Positions 27,769 through 27,906 of a stretch of 27,906 nucleotides of DNA are shown piece by piece. Each line of letters starts with the position of its first letter. The first letter of the stretch is position 1. The notes below the pieces were generated by a model. The model was given only the letters and a program-made list of their open reading frames with translations, ran no database searches and had not been told where the DNA came from. The position numbers and the translations under genes are program-made. The stretch is from Myxococcota bacterium (GTDB taxonomy: Bacteria > Myxococcota_A > Polyangia > Polyangiales > Sandaracinaceae), in the NCBI GenBank assembly GCA_036149055.1, contig JAYZQJ010000045.1, forward strand, positions 1 through 27,906, given 5' to 3'.

Positions 27769-27906
27769 GGCGACGAGCGCAGCGAGGTCGCCTCACGCGC
27801 CACTCGAGTCGTTCGATCCCGCGGCAGCGGGCGGCCCGCGCGCGCGGGCCGCAGGGCCCCCAGCGCCCCGTCGCTGGGGTCGCGGCGCGAGCGCGCAGCG
27901 CGAGGC
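27769..27906. repeat. Cluster of palindromes/hairpins (REP-like)
   Basis: GGCGAC..GTCGCC at 27769-27792, a perfect 22-bp palindrome at 27831-27852, and CCCCAGCG-N6-CGCTGGGG at 27858-27879. Confidence 0.6.

Overview
Very GC-rich bacterial chromosomal DNA, most likely myxobacterial. This is inferred from a FrzS-like protein, a TraB-like TSP3/barrel protein and a myxobacteria-style P-II. The window holds about 25 genes and no rRNA, tRNA, CRISPR array or transposase that I can see. In order: a beta-lactamase-fold protein with its catalytic residues substituted; truD; an exbB-exbD-tonB cluster followed by a TSP3-repeat outer-membrane protein and a lipoprotein, with no TonB-dependent receptor; psd translationally coupled to a large acidic SAM-methyltransferase; glnB-glnA; a hypothetical gene, an isoaspartyl peptidase, an SDR and a lipoprotein; a UbiB/ABC1 kinase-methyltransferase-YdjC deacetylase operon converging on a GT2 and a GT-C/discoidin gene; a PhaR-like gene, a SigH/SigR-type ECF sigma, a ZAS anti-sigma and frzS; a hypothetical gene; and a terminal CCGAG repeat array with a cluster of palindromes. 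The best candidates for something undescribed are a lipid-carrier amino-sugar decoration locus next to frzS, a receptor-less Ton-type motor with a TraB-like barrel lacking OmpA, and a probable serine-hydrolase pseudoenzyme. All family calls come from motif recognition by eye; no searches were run.
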